Of a stretch of 64,000 nt of DNA, positions 38,658-47,780 are shown piece by piece; position 1 is the stretch's first letter; every line of letters starts with the position of its first letter. The position numbers were made by a program, and so were the translations under genes. The DNA is taken from the IMG/VR virus record IMGVR_UViG_3300031951_000017, positions 32,001-96,000 of that record. The stretch is one strand, 5' to 3'. Below the pieces are notes generated by a model. It had not been told where the DNA came from. It saw only the letters and a list, made by a program, of their open reading frames with translations, and ran no database searches. The DNA is from a virus.

Positions 38658-41600
38658 TTAACAAGGTCCTGTGAATGTTAATGGGAATTGACAATCAAAC
38701 GCAACCCCACCACCTGCACCTGTAAATACATAAGTATATGTGCCATCCGATGAAACAATTCCTACAAAACTAGTTGACCCATTATTATCTGTTATAGTAT
38801 CATTTACTTGTATTTGTAAAGTTTCTGAAGTTTGTGTTAGTACAAGTTGATTTGTATTAATAGTTGTACCGCCATTCCATAAGGTTGGAATCACAATATT
38901 ACGTTGACAATTTGGTGTTAAAGTTAGTGTTGGTGTTGGGGATGGTGTTGGAGTTGGTGAACTTGGTGGTGCTGATGGCCAAGATTTAACGTTTGTCAGT
39001 AAAACCTGTATTTTTGCGGTCTGTGATGATGATACCGTTTCAAACCAAGAAGCCCCATTGTTTGTTGTTGCCCACCCAAAGGTGTCAGGAACCGCATTCG
39101 GGTAAGCTGGTGACAAGAAGTTTAAAACTGGGTATAAGTTAGTAGATGCTGGCGCCGCTTCAACACCGCTAGGTCTTTTTCTAACGTAGAACATAGTCAT
39201 ACCACCAATTACATTTGGTGAATTTCCCATATAAGTCGGAGTACCAGTGTGATATGTCGTCGTATATCCAAGTTGGACTTGACCATTTTGATTCCAAGAC
39301 TCTGCAACAAATCCTACAACGTAATAACCTGTAGGTATCGTGAGAGGGGTACTAGCGTCGATTGTTCCAAAAGTCGTAGTATCATATCCAGTTGCAACTG
39401 CTCTTGTGTTTACTTGTTCGTCAGTATTACCAATTTTAACCACACCATCAACATTACCAAAAATATCATTATATTCTTGTTGCGTAATAATTACCCAATC
39501 ATTATCTGTTGCATTTTGATAACTTACTAAACTTGTTGTTAATTGGTCTTCTAACGCATCATAATTTGGGTCGACTACATACGATGGGGCTAAATTAGCT
39601 CCAGAATCTAAAAATACTGATACTGTTGTTGATTGTTCATTTGATAAAAAAGATGCACCATACACATTCCACCCTGTAAACATATAACCTGGTGATGGTA
39701 CTGCCTGTATATTATATGAGACATTCTTTTCAACACTAACTTCAGTTTGTTCAGTATAAGTTACACCATCAAATATTATTGATAAACCACCACTTAATGG
39801 TTGGATGTACAACGTTAGGGGTACTAATGGTACTACTGAAGTTGTTGGTGTCATAGTCTGTGTTGGTGTTGGTGTGGATGTAGGTGTTGAGGACTGGGTG
39901 AGTGTCGGTGTTAATGTTGGAGTAGATGTGGGTGTAGGTGTTGGTGTTGGTGTGGATGTGAGTGTAGGTGTTGGTGTTTGACTAGATGTAAGTGTGGGTG
40001 TAGGTGTTGGTAAACAAAGGTCTAATTCTGTGATTATATAACTACCATTTTCTGCAATAATAAAATCATCGTTTTCAGTTAGAAGATATTGATTACAAGG
40101 GTTAAGATTAAAGATTGTTTCCGAAGATAGTGAGATTACTAAATCAACCCAATATGGTGACCATTTAACATCAACAAATTCTGACGTATCATTCAATATA
40201 TTATAATCCTCTTGACGTATTACAATAGTTTCACCACTTAATAAACCTTTTGGTACCACAACACCTGATTCAATATTTATACTATCTCCACTAATAGTCC
40301 CTAAAATATGTGTGAATGTAACCGACAAATCAAAATCTAAAGTGTTACTTAATTGTAGAGAATACACTGCTTCAATTGAACCTGGATATAGATTAGCAAT
40401 TAATATTACCTCAGCATCTAATGGTATATTATAAAGTTCATAGTTTACATCGCAAGGTATAATTGTAGTTGTTGTTGTAGTTACAGGTATCGTAGTTGTT
40501 GTTGTAGTTACAGGTATCGTGGTGGTTGTGGTTGTAATTTCATAAACTATTGCTGACAAATCACACTCAGGGACAATAACCTCACAATCGGGACAATCCC
40601 AATCAAACAAATTATACCTACCCTTATTTAATTTAAAATTATGTTTAACTTCGTCAGACGTTAAAGGTTTTACATAGTAATTAAATTGTGATATACCCCC
40701 ATCAAACGTACCTGCAAAGTATTTTTCTAATACTATATTTGTCGATAGTCCTGATAATGTAGTTCCACTTAAAACTGAATCAGGGAATAATTCAGGGTCT
40801 TGTTGGTATTGATAACCTAAATACGATGATGTTGTTGTCGTTGTTGAGTAATCTATTGTTGTAGTCGTGGTAACATCACCTGAAATTGGACATTCAATAA
40901 ATGTTAAATTTTCTCTCAGTCCTTGTGTACCACCACCCCAAGATATGTTAAACGGAACCCCTATTTGTTTTTCCCTCTCAACGTTCAAAGCTCTAGGTAT
41001 GACCTCTTCAAAATTTTCAAATGTGTGAAATTTACGTCCATTTACGTAGATTTTTAATCTACCTAATCTATAATCTTTTTCTTTTAACCACTTATCATTT
41101 AATTCAACAACCTCTCTACCATACGGAGTTTCAATTGTTGTTACATTATATGTTGTAGTTGTTGATGTGTATGTTGTGGTATAATAGTGAGTATATGGTG
41201 GTTGAATTAATGTGACAGATTGATTGTAAGTGGATGCGGTATAAACAAAATTAGTAATGTCCCCTAATCCGCCATACCAATACAAATGACATTCGTCCAT
41301 TGCACGATATCTCTCAAATACAACATCGACTTGTACCCAATGTTCAAATTTAATATAGTCAGTATTTTCACAAAAATAATGTATTCCTTTTGGTGTACAA
41401 TACTCTTGGACCGTACAACCTGATGTATAAGTTTTTGTTCCTGTACATGCATCTACGGCACATTCATCGGTTAACCTTAAAACCCTAACACATATTTTTG
41501 GATTACCCGGGTCACCACTAAATTTAACCACAAAATTGTTTGAACATGAGTCTCCACTTGGGTTAAGTTCAGGTGCAGTTATTTCTACCGAACTACATGG

Positions 41601-42530
41601 TGTAGTTTCAGTCACATATCTTAATGGTGGGTATACTGGACCACAATGTGAAAAAGTATTACCTGTATCTGAACATCCACAAGTACTTAAACAATCTAAT
41701 TTTTCAGTAACACGAGTATAAGCTGAAAATCCTGATGGTGAACCTGAAGCATAATGATAAAATTTATTCTCAGCCCTTGCTCCCATATAGAAGAACATAC
41801 CTGAATTTTCAGGGTAAACGTCATTTAAAGTTGTATCGCCAGTAGGTACAAAATAATCATCCCATATTCTAGGTCTTAATAATAATTCAGCACTCCATCC
41901 GTGATTTGGTCTTTCAGGTAACGTTTCATAATCGTACCCATATAACTTATAGAACCCTTGATAAAATCCTCCGTATAATTCATGGTAAACCCCTACATCA
42001 GTTTGTTTGGAAACAATCGAATAGTTGTCATTTTTTTCAATACCTGAAAATCTAATATTTGGTGGTTGGGTATATCCTGTTACTTGGAAAAATTTAGTTC
42101 TTCTGTCAAAAGATAACCTATCGAATTTTGTAAAATCGTTAATCCCTTGGGTTATGAATGCTGTCTCACCAGTCATTTCTTTTACAAGACCATTATCAAT
42201 ACCTGTAAGACCTATGTCACATAAACTTGTAAACCCTGAATAACAAGACAAATCTAGATTATCTGGATTATAGTAGTTTGACGAAACTAAAATATTAAAC
42301 GGATTATATGTGTTATATTCTAAAACGTATAATTCCGAATTGTCGGGATTATTTAAATCAATCTTAATTGGTAAGACGTTCCCGTCCTCATTACCTATAA
42401 TATAAGGTGAGAAAATAACTTCTTCTTTATAGTCCCTTTCATCTGACGTTAAACAGAAATCCATTATTTCAGATTTGTTTAACAAATACCATTTTGGGAA
42501 ATTATATTGGTTGATATTTTGGTACGCCAT
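38658..42530 (-). CDS. 1290-aa virion protein: LamG-like region, poly-Thr and TP mucin-like stalks, Ig-like domains
   Basis: LKIYVNG...FDGGISQFNYYVKPLTSDEV (LamG-like); TTTTTIPV repeats; PTPTPT tracts; YNIQAVPSPGYMFTGW. Confidence 0.7.
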   Translation of the reverse strand: MAYQNINQYNFPKWYLLNKSEIMDFCLTSDERDYKEEVIFSPYIIGNEDGNVLPIKIDLNNPDNSELYVLEYNTYNPFNILVSSNYYNPDNLDLSCYSGFTSLCDIGLTGIDNGLVKEMTGETAFITQGINDFTKFDRLSFDRRTKFFQVTGYTQPPNIRFSGIEKNDNYSIVSKQTDVGVYHELYGGFYQGFYKLYGYDYETLPERPNHGWSAELLLRPRIWDDYFVPTGDTTLNDVYPENSGMFFYMGARAENKFYHYASGSPSGFSAYTRVTEKLDCLSTCGCSDTGNTFSHCGPVYPPLRYVTETTPCSSVEITAPELNPSGDSCSNNFVVKFSGDPGNPKICVRVLRLTDECAVDACTGTKTYTSGCTVQEYCTPKGIHYFCENTDYIKFEHWVQVDVVFERYRAMDECHLYWYGGLGDITNFVYTASTYNQSVTLIQPPYTHYYTTTYTSTTTTYNVTTIETPYGREVVELNDKWLKEKDYRLGRLKIYVNGRKFHTFENFEEVIPRALNVEREKQIGVPFNISWGGGTQGLRENLTFIECPISGDVTTTTTIDYSTTTTTSSYLGYQYQQDPELFPDSVLSGTTLSGLSTNIVLEKYFAGTFDGGISQFNYYVKPLTSDEVKHNFKLNKGRYNLFDWDCPDCEVIVPECDLSAIVYEITTTTTTIPVTTTTTTIPVTTTTTTIIPCDVNYELYNIPLDAEVILIANLYPGSIEAVYSLQLSNTLDFDLSVTFTHILGTISGDSINIESGVVVPKGLLSGETIVIRQEDYNILNDTSEFVDVKWSPYWVDLVISLSSETIFNLNPCNQYLLTENDDFIIAENGSYIITELDLCLPTPTPTLTSSQTPTPTLTSTPTPTPTPTSTPTLTPTLTQSSTPTSTPTPTQTMTPTTSVVPLVPLTLYIQPLSGGLSIIFDGVTYTEQTEVSVEKNVSYNIQAVPSPGYMFTGWNVYGASFLSNEQSTTVSVFLDSGANLAPSYVVDPNYDALEDQLTTSLVSYQNATDNDWVIITQQEYNDIFGNVDGVVKIGNTDEQVNTRAVATGYDTTTFGTIDASTPLTIPTGYYVVGFVAESWNQNGQVQLGYTTTYHTGTPTYMGNSPNVIGGMTMFYVRKRPSGVEAAPASTNLYPVLNFLSPAYPNAVPDTFGWATTNNGASWFETVSSSQTAKIQVLLTNVKSWPSAPPSSPTPTPSPTPTLTLTPNCQRNIVIPTLWNGGTTINTNQLVLTQTSETLQIQVNDTITDNNGSTSFVGIVSSDGTYTYVFTGAGGGVAFDCQFPLTFTGPC
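40465..40518 (-). repeat. Perfect 27-bp tandem duplication encoding IPVTTTTTT
   Basis: gtagttgttgttgtagttacaggtatc x2. Confidence 0.9.
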
Positions 42531-42540
42531 AATTCTTATG

Positions 42541-42567
42541 ATAAATACTTTGGATTGAAGTATTTAT
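42541..42567. promoter_or_regulatory. Back-to-back TATTTAT elements forming an inverted repeat between divergent genes
   Basis: ATAAATACTT-tggattg-AAGTATTTAT. Confidence 0.65.
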
Positions 42568-42588
42568 TAGTAAAAACAAACTATCAAA

Positions 42589-43449
42589 ATGGAGTTAAAT
42601 AAAGAATATTTTCAAAACCCTTACTATTTTTTCCTAAAAACTAGGAAGGATAGTGGTTCATTATACTATTCAATATCAAATACTTTATCTGAATCGAGAA
42701 AAAAAGACGAAAGATTTGATTTTGATTTAAAGGATATGGATAAAGTTAGAAAGATTGTAATGAAGATTATAAAGGATAAGAAAATAAAAACTATTCCTGA
42801 ATTAAAGAAGGTTTTAACCAAATCTGTAACTAAAAAAGATGATGGTGAAATTTCAGAATTTGTTGATGAGACAGGAGCTATGAAATCTTCTAGAATACCA
42901 AATATTAACCATACCTTATCACCAAACCGTACTATGGACCAAACCATTCTTAATAGAATGACAAACAACCCAGTTACTAGAGGTTATAGAAGATATTATG
43001 GAGAAAACGAATCTAAAAAAGGTAACATAGTTAATGAAACTGATTTTTCTGACGCTTTTGGTTATGAGGAAACTAAAGAAATGGATGGACCTGAAACTTT
43101 TAACTATTTTGTTAATGATTTGGAGATGGACCCAATTGAAGCGATGGAGAGAACAAAACAATTTGGTAAGGACCCTAGCGGTGAAAAAACTAAAAAGGCA
43201 CCGAAAAGGATTAGAAATCAAAAAGGGTTCATTGACAGGATGACTTTAGCAGAAAAAACATTAGAAGAAAACGCCGTCAAAATGATTGAGGATATTTTAA
43301 TGAATTCAAAAACTAAGGATTATGAAGTGACTGAAAGGGAGTCACCTATCAAAAATATATTAAAGAAAAACGTGCTAGCTTTGAAAAATATGGCCGAGAA
43401 AAATGGTTTAAGTGTTAATGAATTAATTAAAATGTTTAAAAGTGAATAG
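42589..43449 (+). CDS. Hypothetical protein (possible internal head protein)
   Basis: 286-aa ORF with several I/L/V-x-E motifs (LSE, ISE, VNE, LAE, LEE). Confidence 0.6.
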   Translation: MELNKEYFQNPYYFFLKTRKDSGSLYYSISNTLSESRKKDERFDFDLKDMDKVRKIVMKIIKDKKIKTIPELKKVLTKSVTKKDDGEISEFVDETGAMKSSRIPNINHTLSPNRTMDQTILNRMTNNPVTRGYRRYYGENESKKGNIVNETDFSDAFGYEETKEMDGPETFNYFVNDLEMDPIEAMERTKQFGKDPSGEKTKKAPKRIRNQKGFIDRMTLAEKTLEENAVKMIEDILMNSKTKDYEVTERESPIKNILKKNVLALKNMAEKNGLSVNELIKMFKSE

Positions 43450-43912
43450 TAAGTTATACGGAAATATGGTCGATTTACCTAATGATGTTAAAAACGTCCT
43501 TAAATCTGCATTGACCAAACATTCCCAAACTTCAAACAATAATCAAGAAGGTATTACTAGAAATCGAGGTCTTTTAAACAAAGGTAAAGCATCCTACCAA
43601 CAACTAAAAAGAATTAAAAATTGGTTTGATAATTATAACGGACCAAAAGATGCGAAAGAATATGAGTTAAATGGTGGTGATAAAATGAAAGAATGGGTAG
43701 ATGGTATATTAAAACAGATGAGAAATGGTGTACTAACTAGTACTCAAATGAGAAAAGAATATCTTCCCGATAAAACTAAAAACTCAGAATTTAATGTGGA
43801 TTTGAAAAACGACAATCGACCTTCACAATCACATGGAAATTCTTTAGCCAAATATAATATTGATTTAACAGAAAGCCTAAAAAGGATAAATGAAATAATG
43901 TCAAAAATTTAA
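43442..43912 (+). CDS. Hypothetical phage protein
   Basis: GTG start; SYQQLKRIKNWFD..LNGG; ends LTESLKRINEIM. Confidence 0.6.
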   Translation: MNSKLYGNMVDLPNDVKNVLKSALTKHSQTSNNNQEGITRNRGLLNKGKASYQQLKRIKNWFDNYNGPKDAKEYELNGGDKMKEWVDGILKQMRNGVLTSTQMRKEYLPDKTKNSEFNVDLKNDNRPSQSHGNSLAKYNIDLTESLKRINEIMSKI

Positions 43913-43916
43913 AATT

Positions 43917-44216
43917 ATGCCACAACCAATTATACCACAAGACTATACCCAACCACTAAATGAATTGGGTCAAATTGGAGCATCTCAAAGAACCGCTCTA
44001 ATCACTGTGAACACATTAAAACCACAGGCAAATGAATATTCAAGTACCAATCCTGATGCGTTGGCAGATGGTGACAATATGGGTAGAGGTACTGGTTTCT
44101 TCTTAGATGTTTACAATCAGGCCGCAGGTACAATTACCGACATCACAGAAAGAAATTCAGAAATAGTTATTAATGAATACAAACCAAATAACCCATATAC
44201 CACACCAACTCTATAA
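43917..44216 (+). CDS. Hypothetical protein
   Basis: 99-aa ORF in the operon. Confidence 0.6.
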   Translation: MPQPIIPQDYTQPLNELGQIGASQRTALITVNTLKPQANEYSSTNPDALADGDNMGRGTGFFLDVYNQAAGTITDITERNSEIVINEYKPNNPYTTPTL

Positions 44217-44629
44217 TGAAATTAACTGACACATTAAAATCTTTAATTGTCGAGGAAGTTGCCTTAGACCAGGTTATTAGTGCGGTTAAAAATAGAAAAA
44301 AAATAATCATTTATTATGATGGTGATGAACCAGGTGGTAAGGGTTTAAGGGAAATAGAACCTGTCTGTATAGGTAGAACTAAGGGTAAGAAAAATTTAGT
44401 AGTTCGAGCATGGGATTCTGAAGGAGCCTCACATAGAGGGTTTTTAGGTACAAGACCTATGCCAGGTTGGAGGCTATTCAAACTTAATAAAATAATAACT
44501 TTTAAGGAAACGGGTGAAACTTTTGATGAACCTAAACCTAATTTTAATTTTAATGGTGACAAAAGTTTAGAAGATATTATTATTATAGCAAAATTCGACA
44601 ATAATCCCGGGGAACAAAATTTAGCTTAA
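44216..44629 (+). CDS. Stand-alone WYL-domain protein
   Basis: IIIYY....REIEPVCIG....VVRAW....WRLFKLNKI. Confidence 0.75.
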   Translation: MKLTDTLKSLIVEEVALDQVISAVKNRKKIIIYYDGDEPGGKGLREIEPVCIGRTKGKKNLVVRAWDSEGASHRGFLGTRPMPGWRLFKLNKIITFKETGETFDEPKPNFNFNGDKSLEDIIIIAKFDNNPGEQNLA

Positions 44630-44630
44630 T

Positions 44631-45203
44631 ATGAGTAAAGATTTAATGGAAAAACTAATGATTTCTAAAGCAATTATGCAGAAATCAGATTCAATAAAAA
44701 GAGGTAATGTGAGTGAATCTTCATTGGACACCACAAGGACAATAAATGCACCTCAATTAGAGTCATTTCAACCAGTTAGTGGTAACTATAATATCCCACA
44801 AGAATTTATACAGGAGTCTCAAGTATCAAAAATGCCACAAGTGGCTACAAAAGATAGAATTGTTAATTCAAAATTACCTGATGAAATTAAACGATTAATG
44901 ATTGAGAATCCTATTGAAGCACCCACATCAATGTATGGTGGGTCAGTTATTAGTGAAGAGTTGGTTGAGAAAGCTTCAAAATTAATGGGTACACAACGAC
45001 CTGAACAAAAAAAAGTGGTATCAGAATCTACTAGTCCTAGTAATTTAAGAGAAATGTTACGTGAGGTTGTTGAGGAAGTTTTAAGAGAGAATGGTGTGAT
45101 TGCCGAGTCCAGTCAAAAAGCTAATGAAACAATCTCCTTCAAAGTCGGGGAACATATTTTTGAGGGTAGAGTTACAAAAATTAAAAAAATCAGAAAACAA
45201 TAA
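44631..45203 (+). CDS. Hypothetical protein
   Basis: 190-aa ORF, SKLPDEIK motif. Confidence 0.6.
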   Translation: MSKDLMEKLMISKAIMQKSDSIKRGNVSESSLDTTRTINAPQLESFQPVSGNYNIPQEFIQESQVSKMPQVATKDRIVNSKLPDEIKRLMIENPIEAPTSMYGGSVISEELVEKASKLMGTQRPEQKKVVSESTSPSNLREMLREVVEEVLRENGVIAESSQKANETISFKVGEHIFEGRVTKIKKIRKQ

Positions 45204-45209
45204 TCTGTA

Positions 45210-45238
45210 TTGATAGTCTGACTTTCTGTTGTTATACT
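45210..45238 (+). promoter_or_regulatory. Host-RNAP-type promoter for the second glycosyltransferase cluster
   Basis: TTGATA-N17-TATACT. Confidence 0.6.
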
Positions 45239-45254
45239 TCTAAAAAAAGTAAAA

Positions 45255-46475
45255 ATGACAGAAAAGATTAATGTTTTAGTAGCCCCATCAGACAAAACAG
45301 GAGTAGGTAAATTCCGCTCTGTAGACCCTCACATCGCATTACAACGACTTTATCCTGAAGATTTTCATGTTGATATTGTTTACGATTTTAATTTTGCGGA
45401 TATCAATTTTTGGAAAAAGTATCAGATAGTACATTTCCATCGTAGTATTGGTCACGATTTTGACCAAGCGGTCAATCTAATTAAAATGCTTAAAAGTTTA
45501 GGTATTATAATGGTTATGGATTTAGATGATTATTGGTTACCAACTAAAGAACATCCACTTCATTCTTTGATTTTACAAAACAAAATGAATGAAAAAATAG
45601 TTAATAATCTAAAAGTTGCTGACTATGTGATAACTACAACTGAAATGTTTGCTAATGAAATTAGAAAAATTAACAAAAATGTTGTTGTTATACCAAATTC
45701 TATAGACCCTAGTGAACCACAATTTCAATATGAAAAAACTGAAAGTGATTTATTACGTATTGGTTGGTTAGGAGGTTCTTCACATCTACATGATTTAATG
45801 TTGTTAGATGGTACATTTAATAAATTACGTTCAGATAGAAACAAGTTTCAAACATATTTGGCAGGATTTGACACTAGGGGTACAGTCACAGAAATTAATC
45901 GTGATAATGGACAACAAACACAACGTCCAATTAAACCTCATGAGACTGTTTGGTATCAGTATGAAAAAATAATGACTGACAATTATCATGGACTAGACAC
46001 AAATTATGTAAATTTTCTAATGAAATTTAAGGAAGAACCATATCCCAATATGGACAATCAACAATACGTTAGAGTTTGGACTAGACCTGTTAATGCATAC
46101 GCCGCTAACTATAAAAGATTTGATGTTTCGTTGGCACCAATTAAAAATCATATCTTTAATAGAGTTAAATCACAATTAAAGGTTATTGAGGCGGGATTTC
46201 ATAAAAAAGCATTGATTGCGTCAAATGTGGGTCCGTACACAATCGATTTGAAACATTGTTTAGATAAAGGTAATTTTGTATCGGGTGCTAATGCTTTTTT
46301 AGTTGATGAGAATAAGAACCATTCAGACTGGTCAAAATACATTAAAAAATTAATCGATAATCCAAACTTGGTTACCGATTTGGGAGAATCTTTGTATGAA
46401 ACAGTTAAAGATACTTACCATATTGATACAACAACTAAATTTAGAAGTGAATTTTATAAATCTTTAGTAAAATGA
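45255..46475 (+). CDS. GT-B (GT4-like) glycosyltransferase
   Basis: DLDDYW, VIPNSID, IGWLGGSSH..D, DVSLAP..FN..KSQLKVIEAG..ASNV.PY. Confidence 0.85.
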   Translation: MTEKINVLVAPSDKTGVGKFRSVDPHIALQRLYPEDFHVDIVYDFNFADINFWKKYQIVHFHRSIGHDFDQAVNLIKMLKSLGIIMVMDLDDYWLPTKEHPLHSLILQNKMNEKIVNNLKVADYVITTTEMFANEIRKINKNVVVIPNSIDPSEPQFQYEKTESDLLRIGWLGGSSHLHDLMLLDGTFNKLRSDRNKFQTYLAGFDTRGTVTEINRDNGQQTQRPIKPHETVWYQYEKIMTDNYHGLDTNYVNFLMKFKEEPYPNMDNQQYVRVWTRPVNAYAANYKRFDVSLAPIKNHIFNRVKSQLKVIEAGFHKKALIASNVGPYTIDLKHCLDKGNFVSGANAFLVDENKNHSDWSKYIKKLIDNPNLVTDLGESLYETVKDTYHIDTTTKFRSEFYKSLVK

Positions 46476-47170
46476 TAAACACACCTTTAGACCACATCTT
46501 ATTTATTGATATTGAAACTGTGGGAATCACTAGTACATATGAACAATTCTGTGTTGATTACCCTGAGCTTTGTTTCCAATATAAAAACTACTATGATTGG
46601 TTTCAAAAACGATTTGTGGAAGACTCTCATTTAGACTTAGGTGAAATGTTTAATAAACGTTCAGCTTTAGTTCCAGAGTTTGCAAAAATAATTTGTGTTT
46701 CAGTAGCGTTTGTTGACCCAAAAGGAGAGTTAAGAAAACAAACTTTTTTTAATTCAGATGAGAAGGTGTTACTTAAAGAAGTTAATAGTCTATTAGATAA
46801 GGTTAATAAATTAAATTTTATACTTTGTGGACATAATCTAAAGAACTTTGATATCCCAATGTTAGCAAAACGTATGATTATCAACGGAATACGTCCATCA
46901 CAGATGTTACCGACACACGACACAAAACCTTGGGAGATTAAAGCGATTGATACTAAGGAATTTTGGCAGTATGGTCAGTTTGGAGCGATTTCTTCCTTAG
47001 AATTAATGTGTGTTAGTATGGGTGTACCATCATCTAAAACTATGGAAGTAACAGGGGACTCAATTCACAAAACTTACTGGTTTGATGAGAAATACGACCA
47101 AATAAAAGAGTATTGTGAAAAAGATGTTGAGTGTTTAGTTGAAGTAATAAAAAAAATTAAAAGTCTATAA
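46472..47170 (+). CDS. DnaQ/PolB-like 3'-5' exonuclease
   Basis: FIDIETV, PEFAKIICVS, GHNLKNFDIP, YCEKDV. Confidence 0.85.
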   Translation: MINTPLDHILFIDIETVGITSTYEQFCVDYPELCFQYKNYYDWFQKRFVEDSHLDLGEMFNKRSALVPEFAKIICVSVAFVDPKGELRKQTFFNSDEKVLLKEVNSLLDKVNKLNFILCGHNLKNFDIPMLAKRMIINGIRPSQMLPTHDTKPWEIKAIDTKEFWQYGQFGAISSLELMCVSMGVPSSKTMEVTGDSIHKTYWFDEKYDQIKEYCEKDVECLVEVIKKIKSL

Positions 47171-47171
47171 T

Positions 47172-47762
47172 ATGAGTGAAAAAAATTTTAACATTAATGA
47201 TTATAAGTTTCTTTTTGAGAAGGATGGTGACGACGGTAATTATAAAAAGATTTTAGATTCATTTTCAGATAGAATCAGTAATATCCAAGACAAATTTGAT
47301 GTTAGTGGATTCACCCCAAAAAAAATATTAGAGTATAAAGTACTAAGTCCGTATGCTACTCATCCTTCTTATGTATATCCTACGGACTCAGGATTTGATT
47401 TATACTCTACCGAATCTCTGATAATTCCACCATTAGGAAGAGCTTTAGTTCCCACAGGTTTGTCATTTGACCTACCTGATGGAACCGAACTTCAAATTAG
47501 AAGTAAAAGTGGGTTGGCCATCAATAAAGGTATAATGGTTTTAAATTCACCAGGAACTGTTGATTGTGGTTACACAGGTGAAGTTAAGATTATCCTATTT
47601 AATTGTTCGTCTGAAGCTGTTGAAATTGAGAGAGGGATGAAAATCGCTCAAGCGGTATATGTTAATTGTATGAATGGTAAGTGGGTTGAGTTGGAGGAAG
47701 TTGATGAAATTAAAGGGAAAGATAGAAACGATAATGGTTTTGGTAGTACAGGTTTAAAATAA
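47172..47762 (+). CDS. dut: Trimeric dUTPase
   Basis: SGFDL, RSKSGLA, GTVDCGYTGE, KIAQ, R..NGFGSTG. Confidence 0.95.
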   Translation: MSEKNFNINDYKFLFEKDGDDGNYKKILDSFSDRISNIQDKFDVSGFTPKKILEYKVLSPYATHPSYVYPTDSGFDLYSTESLIIPPLGRALVPTGLSFDLPDGTELQIRSKSGLAINKGIMVLNSPGTVDCGYTGEVKIILFNCSSEAVEIERGMKIAQAVYVNCMNGKWVELEEVDEIKGKDRNDNGFGSTGLK

Positions 47763-47780
47763 AAATATAAAATATTAGTC

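Noticed and set aside
32984-40518. Repetitive DNA considered as a CRISPR array or a diversity-generating retroelement repeat pair
   Set aside because: The repeats are in-frame coding low complexity with no unique spacers. There is no cas or reverse transcriptase gene and no adenine-specific variant repeat.
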